A stretch of 64,000 nucleotides of DNA from Hyphomicrobiales bacterium (GTDB taxonomy: Bacteria; Pseudomonadota; Alphaproteobacteria; Rhizobiales; CBDCVD01): assembly GCA_965222955.1 (NCBI GenBank), contig OZ244974.1, positions 1,536,226-1,600,225 on the forward strand, written 5' to 3'. Below, piece after piece: positions 9,481-19,416 of the stretch. The notes beneath the pieces are model-generated. The model was not told where the DNA came from and did no database searches. It saw only the letters and a program-made list of their open reading frames with translations. The position numbers and the translations under genes were made by a program. Positions within the stretch are counted from its first letter, which is position 1, and the number at the start of each line of letters is the position of its first letter.

Positions 9481-9947
9481 TGGCGCTTCTTCGCTATTTG
9501 CGCCAGATGCTTCTGGGCGAGAACGATACGGCGTCGGCACCGGTCGCGTTTGAAGATGACGATATTCGGCTGGCGGTTGCGGTTCTGCTGGTGCATATGC
9601 TGCGTGTGGACGGCGTATCGGCGCCCCAGGAGCAGGAGGCGATGCGCGCGCTATTGACATCGGAGTACGAACTAAAGGCCGATCAGGTTGACGATCTGAT
9701 TGATCTGGCGATTGATCGGGACAACGAGGCGATCGATATTTACCGCTTTACGTCGCTGATCAAGGCGCGCACGCAACCCGAACAACGCCTGCGTATTGTG
9801 GAAATGCTCTGGCAGATCAGTTATGCCGATAATGCGTTGCACGAATTCGAGGATAATCTGGTCTGGCGGGTGGCCGAACTCCTGGGAGTCTCGTCGCGCG
9901 ATCGTATGCTGCTGAAACAAAAGGTTCGCGCCAGGCACGACGCCTAA
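9480..9947 (+). CDS. TerB-family (tellurite-resistance-like) protein
   Basis: The protein is 155 aa with ...RLRIVEMLWQISYADNALHEFEDNLVWRVAELLGVSSRDRMLLKQKV. Its ATG overlaps the betC TGA, suggesting translational coupling. Confidence 0.65.
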   Translation: MALLRYLRQMLLGENDTASAPVAFEDDDIRLAVAVLLVHMLRVDGVSAPQEQEAMRALLTSEYELKADQVDDLIDLAIDRDNEAIDIYRFTSLIKARTQPEQRLRIVEMLWQISYADNALHEFEDNLVWRVAELLGVSSRDRMLLKQKVRARHDA

Positions 9948-9952
9948 GGCAG

Positions 9953-9964
9953 CCTGACACGCTC
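9953..9964. repeat. Solo family-A terminus abutting a full A copy
   Basis: The sequence cctgacacgctc-cta-gagcgtgtcagg forms 12-bp arms with a 3-nt loop, immediately after the TerB-family gene stop. Confidence 0.6.
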
Positions 9965-9967
9965 CTA

Positions 9968-10238
9968 GAGCGTGTCAGGTCTTAATAGAAGCAATTCTGT
10001 TTCTCGATTGGCGAGGCGAACCACGCTCAAGGCGATCGAAGAGCGATGGCGACCCATCTCTCGAGAGCGGCTTGGGCGTGGGCGTCCGCCAATCGGAAAC
10101 CCGAAGGGACGGGCGCTTTTGCACCAATATGAACCTTAAGTCTCTTGAAAATAGCCCCACTATATCCTGCGAGATTTAAGGTTCATCTTGTCGCAAAATC
10201 GCTCCGTCAGAATGGTTCTATTAAGACCTGACACGCTC
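9968..10238 (+). mobile_element. Family A MITE (271 bp), reference copy
   Basis: The TIRs are GAGCGTGTCAGGTCTTAATAGAA and TTCTATTAAGACCTGACACGCTC, flanked by TA on both sides. The interior contains long imperfect hairpins (cgattggcgaggcg...cgtccgccaatcg; atgaaccttaagtctc...gagatttaaggttcat). Confidence 0.85.
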
Positions 10239-10342
10239 TAGAGCCGCTGAACGGTGCAAATTCGATGGATTCAACGATGTCACAATCAATGCGTTTGGCT
10301 CTCGACACCGGGAAAACACATGACCGTGAAGCGATTTAATCA

Positions 10343-11251
10343 ATGACACAATCGGTTCTCAAGGAGATTCGCAAAGCGGTATTTCCCGTGGCCGGGCTGG
10401 GAACGCGTTTTCTGCCGGCCACCAAGGCCATGCCAAAGGAAATGCTGACCATCGTCGACCGGCCGATTATCCAGCACGTTGTAGCGGAAGCGATGCAGGC
10501 GGGAATCGAACATTTTGTCTTCGTGACCGGGCGCAACAAGGGGGTCATCGAGGATCATTTCGATCGCCAGTTCGAACTCGAGGAGACCCTTAAAGGAAGA
10601 AACAAGCGCGCCGAGTTGGAAATGCTCGTTAACGATCTTCCCCTTGCGGGCCAGTTCAGCTTTACCCGCCAGCAGTCACCACGCGGCCTCGGGCACGCCA
10701 TCTGGTGTGCCCGCCATATCATCGGCAATGAGCCCTTTGCGGTACTCCTGCCCGACGTCATTACCATGGGCGCGAACAGGGGATGTCTGCGCCAGCTTGT
10801 GGACGTTTACGGCCAGACCGGCGGTAACGTTATCGCCTTGCACGAAGTCGCGCCGGCGCAGGCCCATCAATACGGCATTGCCGCCATTTCACCCTGTGAA
10901 CAGACAAATGCGGAAGATGTCGTGAGCGTAACCGATATGATCGAAAAACCGCCCATAGGAACGGCACCTTCGGCGTTTGCCATTTTGGGACGCTATATTC
11001 TCCAGCCGGAGATTTTTCATCATCTGGCTGCCCAGTCACCTGGCGCCGGCGACGAAATCCAGCTCACCGATGCCATGAAAACCCTGTTGCGTTCGCATCC
11101 GTTCTTCGGCGTGGCATTTGCCGGCGAGACGTTCGATTGCGGTACAAAACGGGGGTTTCTGGAGGCCAATATCGCCCTTGGGCTGGCGCACGAGGACCTG
11201 CGCCCGGCGCTACTGAAGGTCCTCAAAAAGCATATCGCCCGCGATTGGTAA
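10343..11251 (+). CDS. galU: UTP--glucose-1-phosphate uridylyltransferase
   Basis: The N-terminal motif [34 protein letters not shown] is present; the protein is 302 aa. Confidence 0.9.
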   Translation: MTQSVLKEIRKAVFPVAGLGTRFLPATKAMPKEMLTIVDRPIIQHVVAEAMQAGIEHFVFVTGRNKGVIEDHFDRQFELEETLKGRNKRAELEMLVNDLPLAGQFSFTRQQSPRGLGHAIWCARHIIGNEPFAVLLPDVITMGANRGCLRQLVDVYGQTGGNVIALHEVAPAQAHQYGIAAISPCEQTNAEDVVSVTDMIEKPPIGTAPSAFAILGRYILQPEIFHHLAAQSPGAGDEIQLTDAMKTLLRSHPFFGVAFAGETFDCGTKRGFLEANIALGLAHEDLRPALLKVLKKHIARDW

Positions 11252-11276
11252 CCACTCCCGCCATGGCACGCTCTAT

Positions 11277-12524
11277 ATGCCTGCACACGATCAAACAGGA
11301 GGTTCCATGAATGCCCCGGCCACCCATCCGACATCCGATGATGCGTTTGCTTCTTTCGACTGGGCGGATCCGTTTCTTCTCGATACCCGGCTAAGCGAGG
11401 AAGAGCGTCTGGTGCGCGATGCCGCGCGCGGTTACGCGCAAGAGCGTCTTCTGCCGCGCATCCTGACGGCATTTCGCAACGAGCACTTCGACCGCGCCAT
11501 TATGCGCGAGATGGGGGATCTCGGCTTGCTTGGCGCCACGATCCCGTCGGAATACGCCGGCGCCGGCGCCAGTTATACTGTCTATGGCCTTGTGGCGCGC
11601 GAGATCGAGCGGGTTGACAGCGGTTATCGGTCCGCCATGAGCGTGCAGTCATCGCTCGTGATGCACCCGATCCATGCCTATGGCGATGAGGCGCAACGGC
11701 AAAAGTATCTTCCCAGGCTGGTCCGTGGCGTGTGGATTGGCTGTTTTGGTCTTACCGAACCCGATCACGGTTCTGATCCGGGGGGGATGCTCAGCCGCGC
11801 CCGCAAGGTCTCCGGCGGCTATTGTTTGAGCGGCCGCAAGATGTGGATCACCAACGCGCCCATCGCCGATGTCTTTATTGTCTGGGCGAAATCCGATGCC
11901 CATGACGGCAGCATCAGGGGCTTTATTCTGGAAAAGGGAATGAAGGGCCTCTCGGCGCCGGCGATACAGGGCAAGATTTCCTTGCGCGCCTCGATTACCG
12001 GCGAGATTGTAATGGACGATGTTTTCGTGCCTGACGAAAATGTTCTGCACGGTGCGAGCGGTCTTAAGGGGCCGTTCGGCTGTCTGAACCGGGCGCGGTT
12101 CGGCATTGCCTGGGGGGCCATGGGGGCCGCCGAGGCGTGCTGGCACGCAGCGCGGCAATATGTGCTTGATCGCAAGCAGTTCGGCAGGCCCCTTGCGGCC
12201 AACCAGTTGATACAGAAAAAACTTGCCGATATGCAGAGTGAAATCGCTCTCGGGCTGTTGGGGGCATTGCACCTGGGGCGCATGATGGACGCTGGCATTG
12301 CCTCTCCGGAGGCGATCTCGCTGATGAAGCGCAATAACTGTGGCAAGGCCCTTGATATCGCCCGTATGGCGCGCGACATGCATGGTGGCAACGGGATCGC
12401 CGACGAATTTCACGTCATGCGTCATATGGTCAATCTTGAAACGGTCAACACCTATGAGGGGACGCACGACATTCATGCGCTTATTTTGGGTCGCGCGCAG
12501 ACCGGCTTGCAGAGTTTCGCCTAG
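11277..12524 (+). CDS. gcdH: Glutaryl-CoA dehydrogenase (acyl-CoA dehydrogenase family)
   Basis: The pattern [36 protein letters not shown]...[14 protein letters not shown]...[14 protein letters not shown] is GCDH-like. The stop TAG coincides with the TA flank of a mini A-type palindrome. Confidence 0.8.
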   Translation: MPAHDQTGGSMNAPATHPTSDDAFASFDWADPFLLDTRLSEEERLVRDAARGYAQERLLPRILTAFRNEHFDRAIMREMGDLGLLGATIPSEYAGAGASYTVYGLVAREIERVDSGYRSAMSVQSSLVMHPIHAYGDEAQRQKYLPRLVRGVWIGCFGLTEPDHGSDPGGMLSRARKVSGGYCLSGRKMWITNAPIADVFIVWAKSDAHDGSIRGFILEKGMKGLSAPAIQGKISLRASITGEIVMDDVFVPDENVLHGASGLKGPFGCLNRARFGIAWGAMGAAEACWHAARQYVLDRKQFGRPLAANQLIQKKLADMQSEIALGLLGALHLGRMMDAGIASPEAISLMKRNNCGKALDIARMARDMHGGNGIADEFHVMRHMVNLETVNTYEGTHDIHALILGRAQTGLQSFA

Positions 12525-12552
12525 AGCCTTTCACTTAAGAACTGAAAGGCTC
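12524..12552. repeat. Miniature A'-type palindrome (two variant TIRs back to back)
   Basis: The sequence is gagcctttcacttaagaactgaaaggctc. The same variant end (ttaaaaactgaaaggctc) closes the short A copies at 27940 and ~53510. Confidence 0.5.
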
Positions 12553-12965
12553 CAAAACCGGCTGCGGCCGGCCCCGGTATGGCCTCCTCAAGGCAAGGGC
12601 CGCAATGGCCGCAATGGCCGCAATAACCCTGACTTCAGACCTGCCGTCCCGGGCGCGGGCGGCTGAAGGGTTACAATCAGCTTTTTGATTCTTGTTTGTT
12701 CTGCGTTTGATTCGATTTTGTTCACTATTCTGGTAGTTTTTGTCGGAATCCTTCAAGGATTTAATCGCGGGTTTCTTTTGAGAGTTGTTTATCGGATTTT
12801 TGATATAAACTTAATAAAGTGCTCTATACTGAAAACGATGGTGCGTTAGGTATTTTATCTCTTGACGTGTATTATAGCACCGTATTATCTTGACAAATTA
12901 TCTGCATTTTTACACATCACTACTTAATTTACATGCTTTCGGTAGCTGTGCGGTGAAAAGGACTC

Positions 12966-14522
12966 ATGACGAAAAACCTCGTGTCTCAGTTTCATCGGCT
13001 CGAAGAGCAGATCACCACGCATTTCCAGGCCCAGCGGGACGCCGAGAATGCGTTGAAAAAAAAGAACAGCGCGCTTCTTGACAATAACCGAGCCCTGGTC
13101 GCCGCCTACGATGCGTTGAGCGAGCGGCTGAAGAACATCAGCACCCGATTGGCAAGCGAGCACAATCGCTTGCTGCAGGCATCGCGCCACGATGGTTTAA
13201 CCGGCCTGCCCGGGCGTGCCGGATTTCACAACTATCTGAAGGAAGCCGCCACAACCGCCAGAAACGATCGCACCAGTTTTGCCCTGATCAGCATCAATCT
13301 GAGGGATTTCAACGCCATCAACACCACGTTCGGCCATGTCGTTGGCGATGGGGTGTTGAAAATCATTGCCGCGCGCCTGGCAAGGGCAATGGCCGCCACC
13401 GGTTATGTGGCGCGCGTCGGCGGCGACGAATTCGCCGTTATCGTCAACGGGATCGCCGATACCCAAACGGCCGAAGACGAAGCCGAACGCATCCTTTCGC
13501 TTATCCGGGCGCCAATCACGTATAAAGAACGAACGCTGCGCATCGGCGCCTCCATCGCCGTCGTGACGTGTCCGCAACAGGCGGACAATGTTCATGATCT
13601 GCAGCGCTTTGCCGATCTGGCGCTACATCGCGCCAAGGCCTCCACGGGCGAGCGGGTGATCGCCTTCAGCCCGACCATGATGCAGGCGCATACGCTACGC
13701 AAATCCATGGGCCGGTACATGCACAGCGCCATGCTCGATGCGATCGATCAGGGAAAGATTCGCATGCTGTTTCAGCCGGTGATCGATCTGACCGACTACC
13801 GGCCGGCGGGTCTTGAGGCGCTCATGCGCTGGCATCACCGCGAACACGGCTGGATCGCGCCGCTTGACGTTCTGGCGATCGCCAACGATACCGGCCTGTT
13901 GCCCATCCTGACCCGCCATATTTTTGAAAAGAGCATTCGCGAGGCGCGCGCCAGTCTGCATAGCGGACAGATCCGCTGGCTGGCGCTGAACCTGACCGCC
14001 AGCGATCTGCACGATCCCGAACTCGGCGATTTCCTTCTCGATTGCCTCAAACGCTATGCCGTGGACCCGCGGCACATAAAGCTGGAGATCACCGAACATA
14101 CGGTCATCGGCGACACCCAGGGCGCCAAACGGGTCATGACACGGCTGGCCGAACACGGTATCCGCTTTGCCATTGACGACTTCGGTACCGGCTATTCGAA
14201 CCTGCTCATTCTCAACCGGCTGCCCTTTCACAGTCTGAAGATCGATCGCTCCTTCATTACCGACATCGCCCGCAATAATCATGTCAGTACTATCGTGAAG
14301 GCCATGATCAATCTTGCCCATGCGCTGAAACTGTCGGTCATTGCGGAAGGGATCGAAGACCGCGGGCAGTTTGACATCGCCCGCTCGCTGGGATGCGAAT
14401 ACGGCCAGGGGTTCCTGTTCGGCCGCCCGCAACCGCTTGCCCATCTGCAAAAAACCAATCTGTTCCGGCGGGCGGCGAGCCATGTCCTGGACCGGGACAA
14501 GCCCGCCCGCCGCTCCGCCTAG
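12966..14522 (+). CDS. GGDEF-EAL diguanylate cyclase/phosphodiesterase with N-terminal coiled coil
   Basis: It contains RVGGDEFAVIV, LEALMRW and DDFGTGYSNL. The protein is 518 aa. The stop TAG is the TA flank of MITE A2. Confidence 0.9.
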   Translation: MTKNLVSQFHRLEEQITTHFQAQRDAENALKKKNSALLDNNRALVAAYDALSERLKNISTRLASEHNRLLQASRHDGLTGLPGRAGFHNYLKEAATTARNDRTSFALISINLRDFNAINTTFGHVVGDGVLKIIAARLARAMAATGYVARVGGDEFAVIVNGIADTQTAEDEAERILSLIRAPITYKERTLRIGASIAVVTCPQQADNVHDLQRFADLALHRAKASTGERVIAFSPTMMQAHTLRKSMGRYMHSAMLDAIDQGKIRMLFQPVIDLTDYRPAGLEALMRWHHREHGWIAPLDVLAIANDTGLLPILTRHIFEKSIREARASLHSGQIRWLALNLTASDLHDPELGDFLLDCLKRYAVDPRHIKLEITEHTVIGDTQGAKRVMTRLAEHGIRFAIDDFGTGYSNLLILNRLPFHSLKIDRSFITDIARNNHVSTIVKAMINLAHALKLSVIAEGIEDRGQFDIARSLGCEYGQGFLFGRPQPLAHLQKTNLFRRAASHVLDRDKPARRSA

Positions 14523-14796
14523 AGCGTGTCCGGTCTTAATAGAAGCAATTTTCGTTTCCCGATTGGCGAGGCGATACCCAGGCTCAAGGCGATCGAAGAG
14601 CGATGTTTATCCATCTCTCGAGAGCGGCTTGGGCGTGGACGTCCGCCAATCGGCAAACCCGAAGGGACGGGCGCTTTTGCACCAAGATGGGCCTTAAGTC
14701 TCTTGCAAATAGCCCCACTATATCCTGCGAGACTTAAGGCCCATCTTGTCGCAAAATCGCTCCGTCAGAATGGTTCTATTAAAACCTGACACGCTC
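14522..14796 (+). mobile_element. Family A MITE (copy 2)
   Basis: The ends are gagcgtgtccggtcttaatagaagc... and ...ttctattaaaacctgacacgctc, flanked by TA/TA. Confidence 0.85.
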
Positions 14797-14798
14797 TA

Positions 14799-14909
14799 GG
14801 ACAAGCAAACCGGAAAGTGTTACCCCTTAACACCCTTGCCGCCAGAAAGGCCATACCGGGTAATCCATCTGCACCCGATGGGTTTACCAGGGACATCCTG
14901 TTGAAATGA
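14799..14909. repeat. Family C element (compact, left end missing)
   Basis: The sequence is gacaagcaaaccggaaagtg...ggccataccgggtaatccatctgcacccgatgggtttaccagggacatcctgttgaaatga. Confidence 0.5.
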
Positions 14910-15010
14910 TACCAGCGGTATTGGCTTGTTGTACACGCTGACTTGTGTATCGTGTTGATAAGACAACGGTTTTTAACCAAGCAAAGAGTCAAACGCAAAG
15001 GCCCTTGGTA
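14910..15010. mobile_element. Family B MITE (101 bp)
   Basis: The ends are taccagcggtattggc... and ...aaaggcccttggta, giving termini of the form TACCARSGG / CCBYTGGTA. Confidence 0.8.
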
Positions 15011-15154
15011 TGACACACCTGGATGTGGCCTTTCCGCCGGTCGTTTTCAGGGCGGAAAAATCTGACATTGTTTTCCCTCTGTCCTTGCAATCCTTGCCGC
15101 CGGCAGCCCCCGATGGGTTCACCAGGAACGCGCTGTTGCCATGACACATCCAGG
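15011..15154. repeat. Family C-like element upstream of potF
   Basis: It has inverted ends tgacacacctggatgtg and catgacacatccagg, with the interior ...cccccgatgggttcaccaggaac... Confidence 0.45.
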
Positions 15155-15276
15155 CCGCGATTACGCGCCCGACACTTCCTTGCGTGCCCTGGGTGAAAAC
15201 AAATCCATTGCCCCGTCACGTCCGTGGCGCTATTCTGCGCGCAATGGTCGTTAACATTCGCAAGGGAGAAAAATGC

Positions 15277-16377
15277 ATGCGCGTCTTTAAACATATGGTG
15301 GCGGTCGTCACGACAACGCTGATGGCATCAATGATGAGCCTGGCCTTCGCCCAGGACAAGGTCGTTCACGTCTACAACTGGTCCGACTATATTGATGAGT
15401 CGATCCTGGAGGATTTCGAACGCGATACCGGCATCAAGGTCGTCTATGACGTTTTCGACTCCAATGAAGTGCTGGAGACAAAACTGCTTGCCGGCGGTAC
15501 GGGCTATGATGTTGTGGTCCCCTCGGCGAGCTTTATGGCGCGGCAAATACAGGCCGGCGTGTTTCAAAAACTCGACAGGACAAAATTGCCGAACGCCAGG
15601 CACCTGTGGGACGATATCGCGCAGCGCACCGCCATCTATGATCCGGGCAACGCCTACTCCGTCAACTACATGTGGGGAACCACCGGCATTGGTTATAACG
15701 TCGATGAGATCAAGGCGCGTATGGAGAATGCGCCGGTGGATTCGTGGGATCTGATTTTCAAGCCGGAGATCATCGCCAAATTCGCCGATTGTGGTATCTA
15801 CGTGCTGGACGCCCCTTCCGAGCTTATCCCGGTGGTCCTGCTGTACCTTGGCTTCGATCCCAACTCGCTCGATAGAAGCGAGATGGAAAAGGCGCAGGAG
15901 CTTTTATTGGAAATTCGCCCCCATATCCAGAAATTCAACAGTTCCGACTATATCAACGCCCTGGCCAACGGCGATATCTGTCTCGCGATCGGCTGGTCCG
16001 GCGACGTGCTGCAGGCGCGCGACCGCGCCGATGAGGCCGGCAACGGCGTTACCATCGCCTACACAATTCCGCGCGAGGGAACTACCATCTGGTTCGATCA
16101 GATGGCCATACCGGCCGATGCGCCAAACCCCGATCTGGCGCATCAGTTCATCAACTATATCATGGACCCGCAAGTGATCGCCAGGGCCTCCAATTATGTT
16201 CAGTTCGCCAACGGCAACTGGAGTTCTCTTGAGCATATCGATGAAGAAGTGATCATGAACAAGGGTGTGTTCCCCGACGAGGAGACCATGGGCAAACTGT
16301 TCGTGCACCGCACCTGGCCGCCGAACGTACAGCGTATCGCCACACGCATCTGGACGCGGGTAAAGAGCGGCACGTAG
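15277..16377 (+). CDS. potF: Putrescine/spermidine ABC substrate-binding protein
   Basis: I trimmed the start to MRVFKHMVAVVTTTLMASMMSLAFAQDKVVHVYNWSDYI (signal peptide; RBS aagggagaa upstream). The family is PotF/PotD. Confidence 0.85.
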   Translation: MRVFKHMVAVVTTTLMASMMSLAFAQDKVVHVYNWSDYIDESILEDFERDTGIKVVYDVFDSNEVLETKLLAGGTGYDVVVPSASFMARQIQAGVFQKLDRTKLPNARHLWDDIAQRTAIYDPGNAYSVNYMWGTTGIGYNVDEIKARMENAPVDSWDLIFKPEIIAKFADCGIYVLDAPSELIPVVLLYLGFDPNSLDRSEMEKAQELLLEIRPHIQKFNSSDYINALANGDICLAIGWSGDVLQARDRADEAGNGVTIAYTIPREGTTIWFDQMAIPADAPNPDLAHQFINYIMDPQVIARASNYVQFANGNWSSLEHIDEEVIMNKGVFPDEETMGKLFVHRTWPPNVQRIATRIWTRVKSGT

Positions 16378-16457
16378 ATCGAAAACGCATCGTCTGGCGG
16401 CGGGTTGTCGGTCTGTCCCGCGCCAGACACGATCCTGTGCCAACAGGCGAGTAATAT

Positions 16458-17630
16458 GTGATGGTCTCTTCCACATCCGTTGCGGCAGGTGCGTCGTTGG
16501 GCCCCTCTGCGAAGGCCCGGACCCGGGCCGCGCCGCTCATTGTCTTTGAAAATATCACCAAGAAATTTGGCGCGTTTACCGCCCTCGATTGCGTCGATCT
16601 GGCGATCTATCCCAACGAGTTCTTTGCTCTGCTCGGCCCTTCCGGCTGCGGCAAGACAACCCTGATGCGCCTGCTTGCGGGCTTCGAGACCCCCACGCGG
16701 GGACGCGTCATCCTCGATGGGCAGGATTTGGCCGGGATCCCCGCCCATCAGCGCCCCATCAATATGATGTTTCAGTCCTACGCGCTGTTTCCCCATATGA
16801 GTGTGGAAAAGAACATCGCCTTTGGCTTAAAGCAGGACCGCCTGCCCAGAAACGAAATCAGTCAGCGGGTGGCGCGTATTCTGGCTCTGGTGCAGCTTGA
16901 GCCGTTTGCCAGGCGAAAACCCCACCAGTTATCGGGTGGCCAGCGCCAGCGGGTAGCGCTGGCGCGCGCGCTGGCCAAACAGCCCAAGGTCCTGCTTCTC
17001 GATGAGCCGCTGGCGGCGCTTGACAAGAAGCTGCGCGAGGAGACCCAGTTCGAGTTGATCAATATTCAGGAGGAATTGGGGATTACCTTCATGATCGTTA
17101 CCCACGATCAGGAGGAAGCCATGACGGTGGCGGACAGAATGGCGGTCATGCGCGCTGGCAAACTGGCCCAGGTGGGCTCGCCGCGAACCCTCTATGAGGC
17201 ACCGGCCAGCCGCTATGTGGCTGAATTCGTCGGCGATATCAACATGCTTGAAGGGCGTGTGAACGCCGCGACCCGGGCTGGCGAGGCGGTTACCATCGCC
17301 GTCGACGGGATCGCCATCAGGGCGGTGGCGCCGGCGCCGCTTGAGGCGGGGGCGTCCGTACAGTTCGCGATTCGGCCGGAAAAAATCGCGATTGTCAAAA
17401 GCGCATCCGCGGCGAATGCGAACCAGACAGACGGCAACACGCTCTCGGGCACGGTGGAGGAAATCGCCTACAGGGGCGGCGCCTCCCTGTTTCAGGTGCG
17501 TATCGAGACTGGCCAGAGGCTTCAGATCATCCAGACCAATCGCGCCCGCGCCACCCGGGACACGATCACCTGGGATGATCCGGTCACCCTGCAGTGGCCC
17601 GCCCAGGCAGGCATCGTATTGACACAATAA
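16458..17630 (+). CDS. potG: Polyamine ABC transporter ATP-binding protein
   Basis: It contains [24 protein letters not shown] and LLLDEPLAALD, followed by a C-terminal TOBE-like tail. Confidence 0.9.
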   Translation: MMVSSTSVAAGASLGPSAKARTRAAPLIVFENITKKFGAFTALDCVDLAIYPNEFFALLGPSGCGKTTLMRLLAGFETPTRGRVILDGQDLAGIPAHQRPINMMFQSYALFPHMSVEKNIAFGLKQDRLPRNEISQRVARILALVQLEPFARRKPHQLSGGQRQRVALARALAKQPKVLLLDEPLAALDKKLREETQFELINIQEELGITFMIVTHDQEEAMTVADRMAVMRAGKLAQVGSPRTLYEAPASRYVAEFVGDINMLEGRVNAATRAGEAVTIAVDGIAIRAVAPAPLEAGASVQFAIRPEKIAIVKSASAANANQTDGNTLSGTVEEIAYRGGASLFQVRIETGQRLQIIQTNRARATRDTITWDDPVTLQWPAQAGIVLTQ

Positions 17631-17672
17631 GCACACCGGCGCTTTTGCAAACATTGATCGGAGGACAGGGCG

Positions 17673-18590
17673 TTGAACACGGCAGGGCGGAACAGGAATC
17701 TAAGCCAGCGCATGATTGTGGCCATTCCCTATGCGTGGTTGCTGATTTTCTTCCTGGTGCCGTTTTTCATCGTTTTCAAGATTTCCTTTTCCCAGATCGC
17801 GGTTGCCATTCCGCCCTATGCGCCGACCTTCGGTTTAAGCGATGGCTGGCAGGCGCTATCAGCGGCCTTTGCTGAATTCTCGTTCGTCAACTACGCGTTT
17901 TTGACCGAAGACGCCCTGTACTGGAAGTCGTATCTGTCGAGCGTACAGGTCGCCGCCATTTCCACCCTGGTGGCGTTGCTGATCGGTTATCCCATCGCCT
18001 ATGCCATGGCGCGGGTTAGCCCGGCGTGGCGTTTTCTGTTTGTCATGCTCGTGATCCTGCCGTTCTGGACATCGTTTCTCATTCGCGTTTATGCGTGGAT
18101 TGGTATCCTGAAAAAAGAGGGGCTGCTTAACCAGTTGCTGCTGTTCATTGGCCTGATTGATGCGCCGCTGACGATCCTCAACACCAATTGGGCGGTCTAT
18201 ATCGGCATCGTCTATTCGTATTTGCCATTCATGATTTTGCCGCTTTACGCCGCCCTTGAGCGCGCCGATCACACCCTTTTGGAGGCGGCGGCGGATTTGG
18301 GCAGTCCGCCGCTACGGTCCTTTTGGCAGATCACCCTGCCGCTGTCGTTTCCGGGAATTGTCGCCGGGTGTTTTCTTGTCTTTATTCCGGCGGTGGGGGA
18401 ATTTGTCATTCCCGATCTGCTGGGCGGCTCGCGCACGCTCATGATCGGCAAGACCTTGTGGACCGAGTTCTTCAACAACCGCGACTGGCCCGTATCGTCG
18501 GCCATAGCGGTAATTCTGTTGTTGATCCTTGTGGTACCGATTGTGCTTTTCCAGCGCCAGAGCATGGCGCGTCGGGAGAATGATGCATGA
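17673..18590 (+). CDS. potH: Polyamine ABC permease
   Basis: The start is a TTG preceded by GGAGGA. The protein has six TM-like segments and is PotB/PotH-like. Confidence 0.8.
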   Translation: MNTAGRNRNLSQRMIVAIPYAWLLIFFLVPFFIVFKISFSQIAVAIPPYAPTFGLSDGWQALSAAFAEFSFVNYAFLTEDALYWKSYLSSVQVAAISTLVALLIGYPIAYAMARVSPAWRFLFVMLVILPFWTSFLIRVYAWIGILKKEGLLNQLLLFIGLIDAPLTILNTNWAVYIGIVYSYLPFMILPLYAALERADHTLLEAAADLGSPPLRSFWQITLPLSFPGIVAGCFLVFIPAVGEFVIPDLLGGSRTLMIGKTLWTEFFNNRDWPVSSAIAVILLLILVVPIVLFQRQSMARRENDA

Positions 18591-19387
18591 AGCGCGGCTT
18601 GAGTTCTTTCAATATTGTTTCCATGGTGATCGGGTTTTCGTTTCTGTACCTGCCGATCGTGCTGTTGGTCATCTATTCGTTCAACGCCTCCCGTCTGGTC
18701 ACGGTCTGGGCGGGCTTTTCGACGAAATGGTACAGCGCGTTGTGGCAGAACGAGGCGCTTCTCAATGCCGCCTGGGTGACGTTTCGCGTTGCCCTCATCT
18801 CGGCCACCGCCGCCGCTGTTCTGGGTACCCTGGCGGCGCTGGCGCTGGTGCGCGTTGGCCGCTTTCGCGGCCGCATGCTCTTTTCGGGCATGGTCTATGC
18901 GCCTCTGGTGATGCCCGAGGTCATTACCGGGCTATCCCTGCTGCTGTTGTTTGTCGCCATGGGGTTCGGGCGCGGCTTTGTCACCCTCACCATCGCCCAT
19001 ATCACGTTTTCCATGTGCTTTGTCGCGGTGGTGGTGCAATCGCGGCTGGTCAGTTTTGACGCCTCCCTGGAAGAGGCGGCGCAGGATCTGGGCTGTCCGC
19101 CCTGGAAGACGTATCTGACTATCACCCTGCCCATTATTGCGCCGGCTATTGTGGCGGGCTGGATGCTGGCCTTTACCTTGTCGCTGGATGATCTGGTGAT
19201 CGCCAGCTTTACCACCGGCCCCGGCGCGACGACCCTGCCCATGAAGATATACTCCCAGGTGCGTCTTGGGGTAACACCGGAAATCAACGCGGTCTGTACG
19301 ATCCTGATTGCGCTGGTGACGGTAGGGGTTCTGGCTGTTTCGATTGCCGGCAAGTTCCGCGAGGCCGCACGCAGTTCCCAGGTGTGA
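18587..19387 (+). CDS. potI: Polyamine ABC permease
   Basis: It overlaps potH by 4 nt and is PotC/PotI-like (…LSLDDLVIASFTTGPGATTLPMKIYS…). Confidence 0.8.
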   Translation: MKRGLSSFNIVSMVIGFSFLYLPIVLLVIYSFNASRLVTVWAGFSTKWYSALWQNEALLNAAWVTFRVALISATAAAVLGTLAALALVRVGRFRGRMLFSGMVYAPLVMPEVITGLSLLLLFVAMGFGRGFVTLTIAHITFSMCFVAVVVQSRLVSFDASLEEAAQDLGCPPWKTYLTITLPIIAPAIVAGWMLAFTLSLDDLVIASFTTGPGATTLPMKIYSQVRLGVTPEINAVCTILIALVTVGVLAVSIAGKFREAARSSQV

Positions 19388-19416
19388 TCTTTCAACACGC
19401 TCCAGAGCGTCGGGCA

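Noticed and set aside
9975-10160. Recurrent ~60-85-aa ORFs inside family A copies, e.g. MGLFSRDLRFILVQKRPSLRV... at 9975, 38103 and 44785, and MSGLNRSNFRF... at 14526 and 38084.
   Set aside because: They are by-products of a multicopy non-coding repeat. Frames and lengths differ between copies, short variants delete them, and they carry no protein-family signal.
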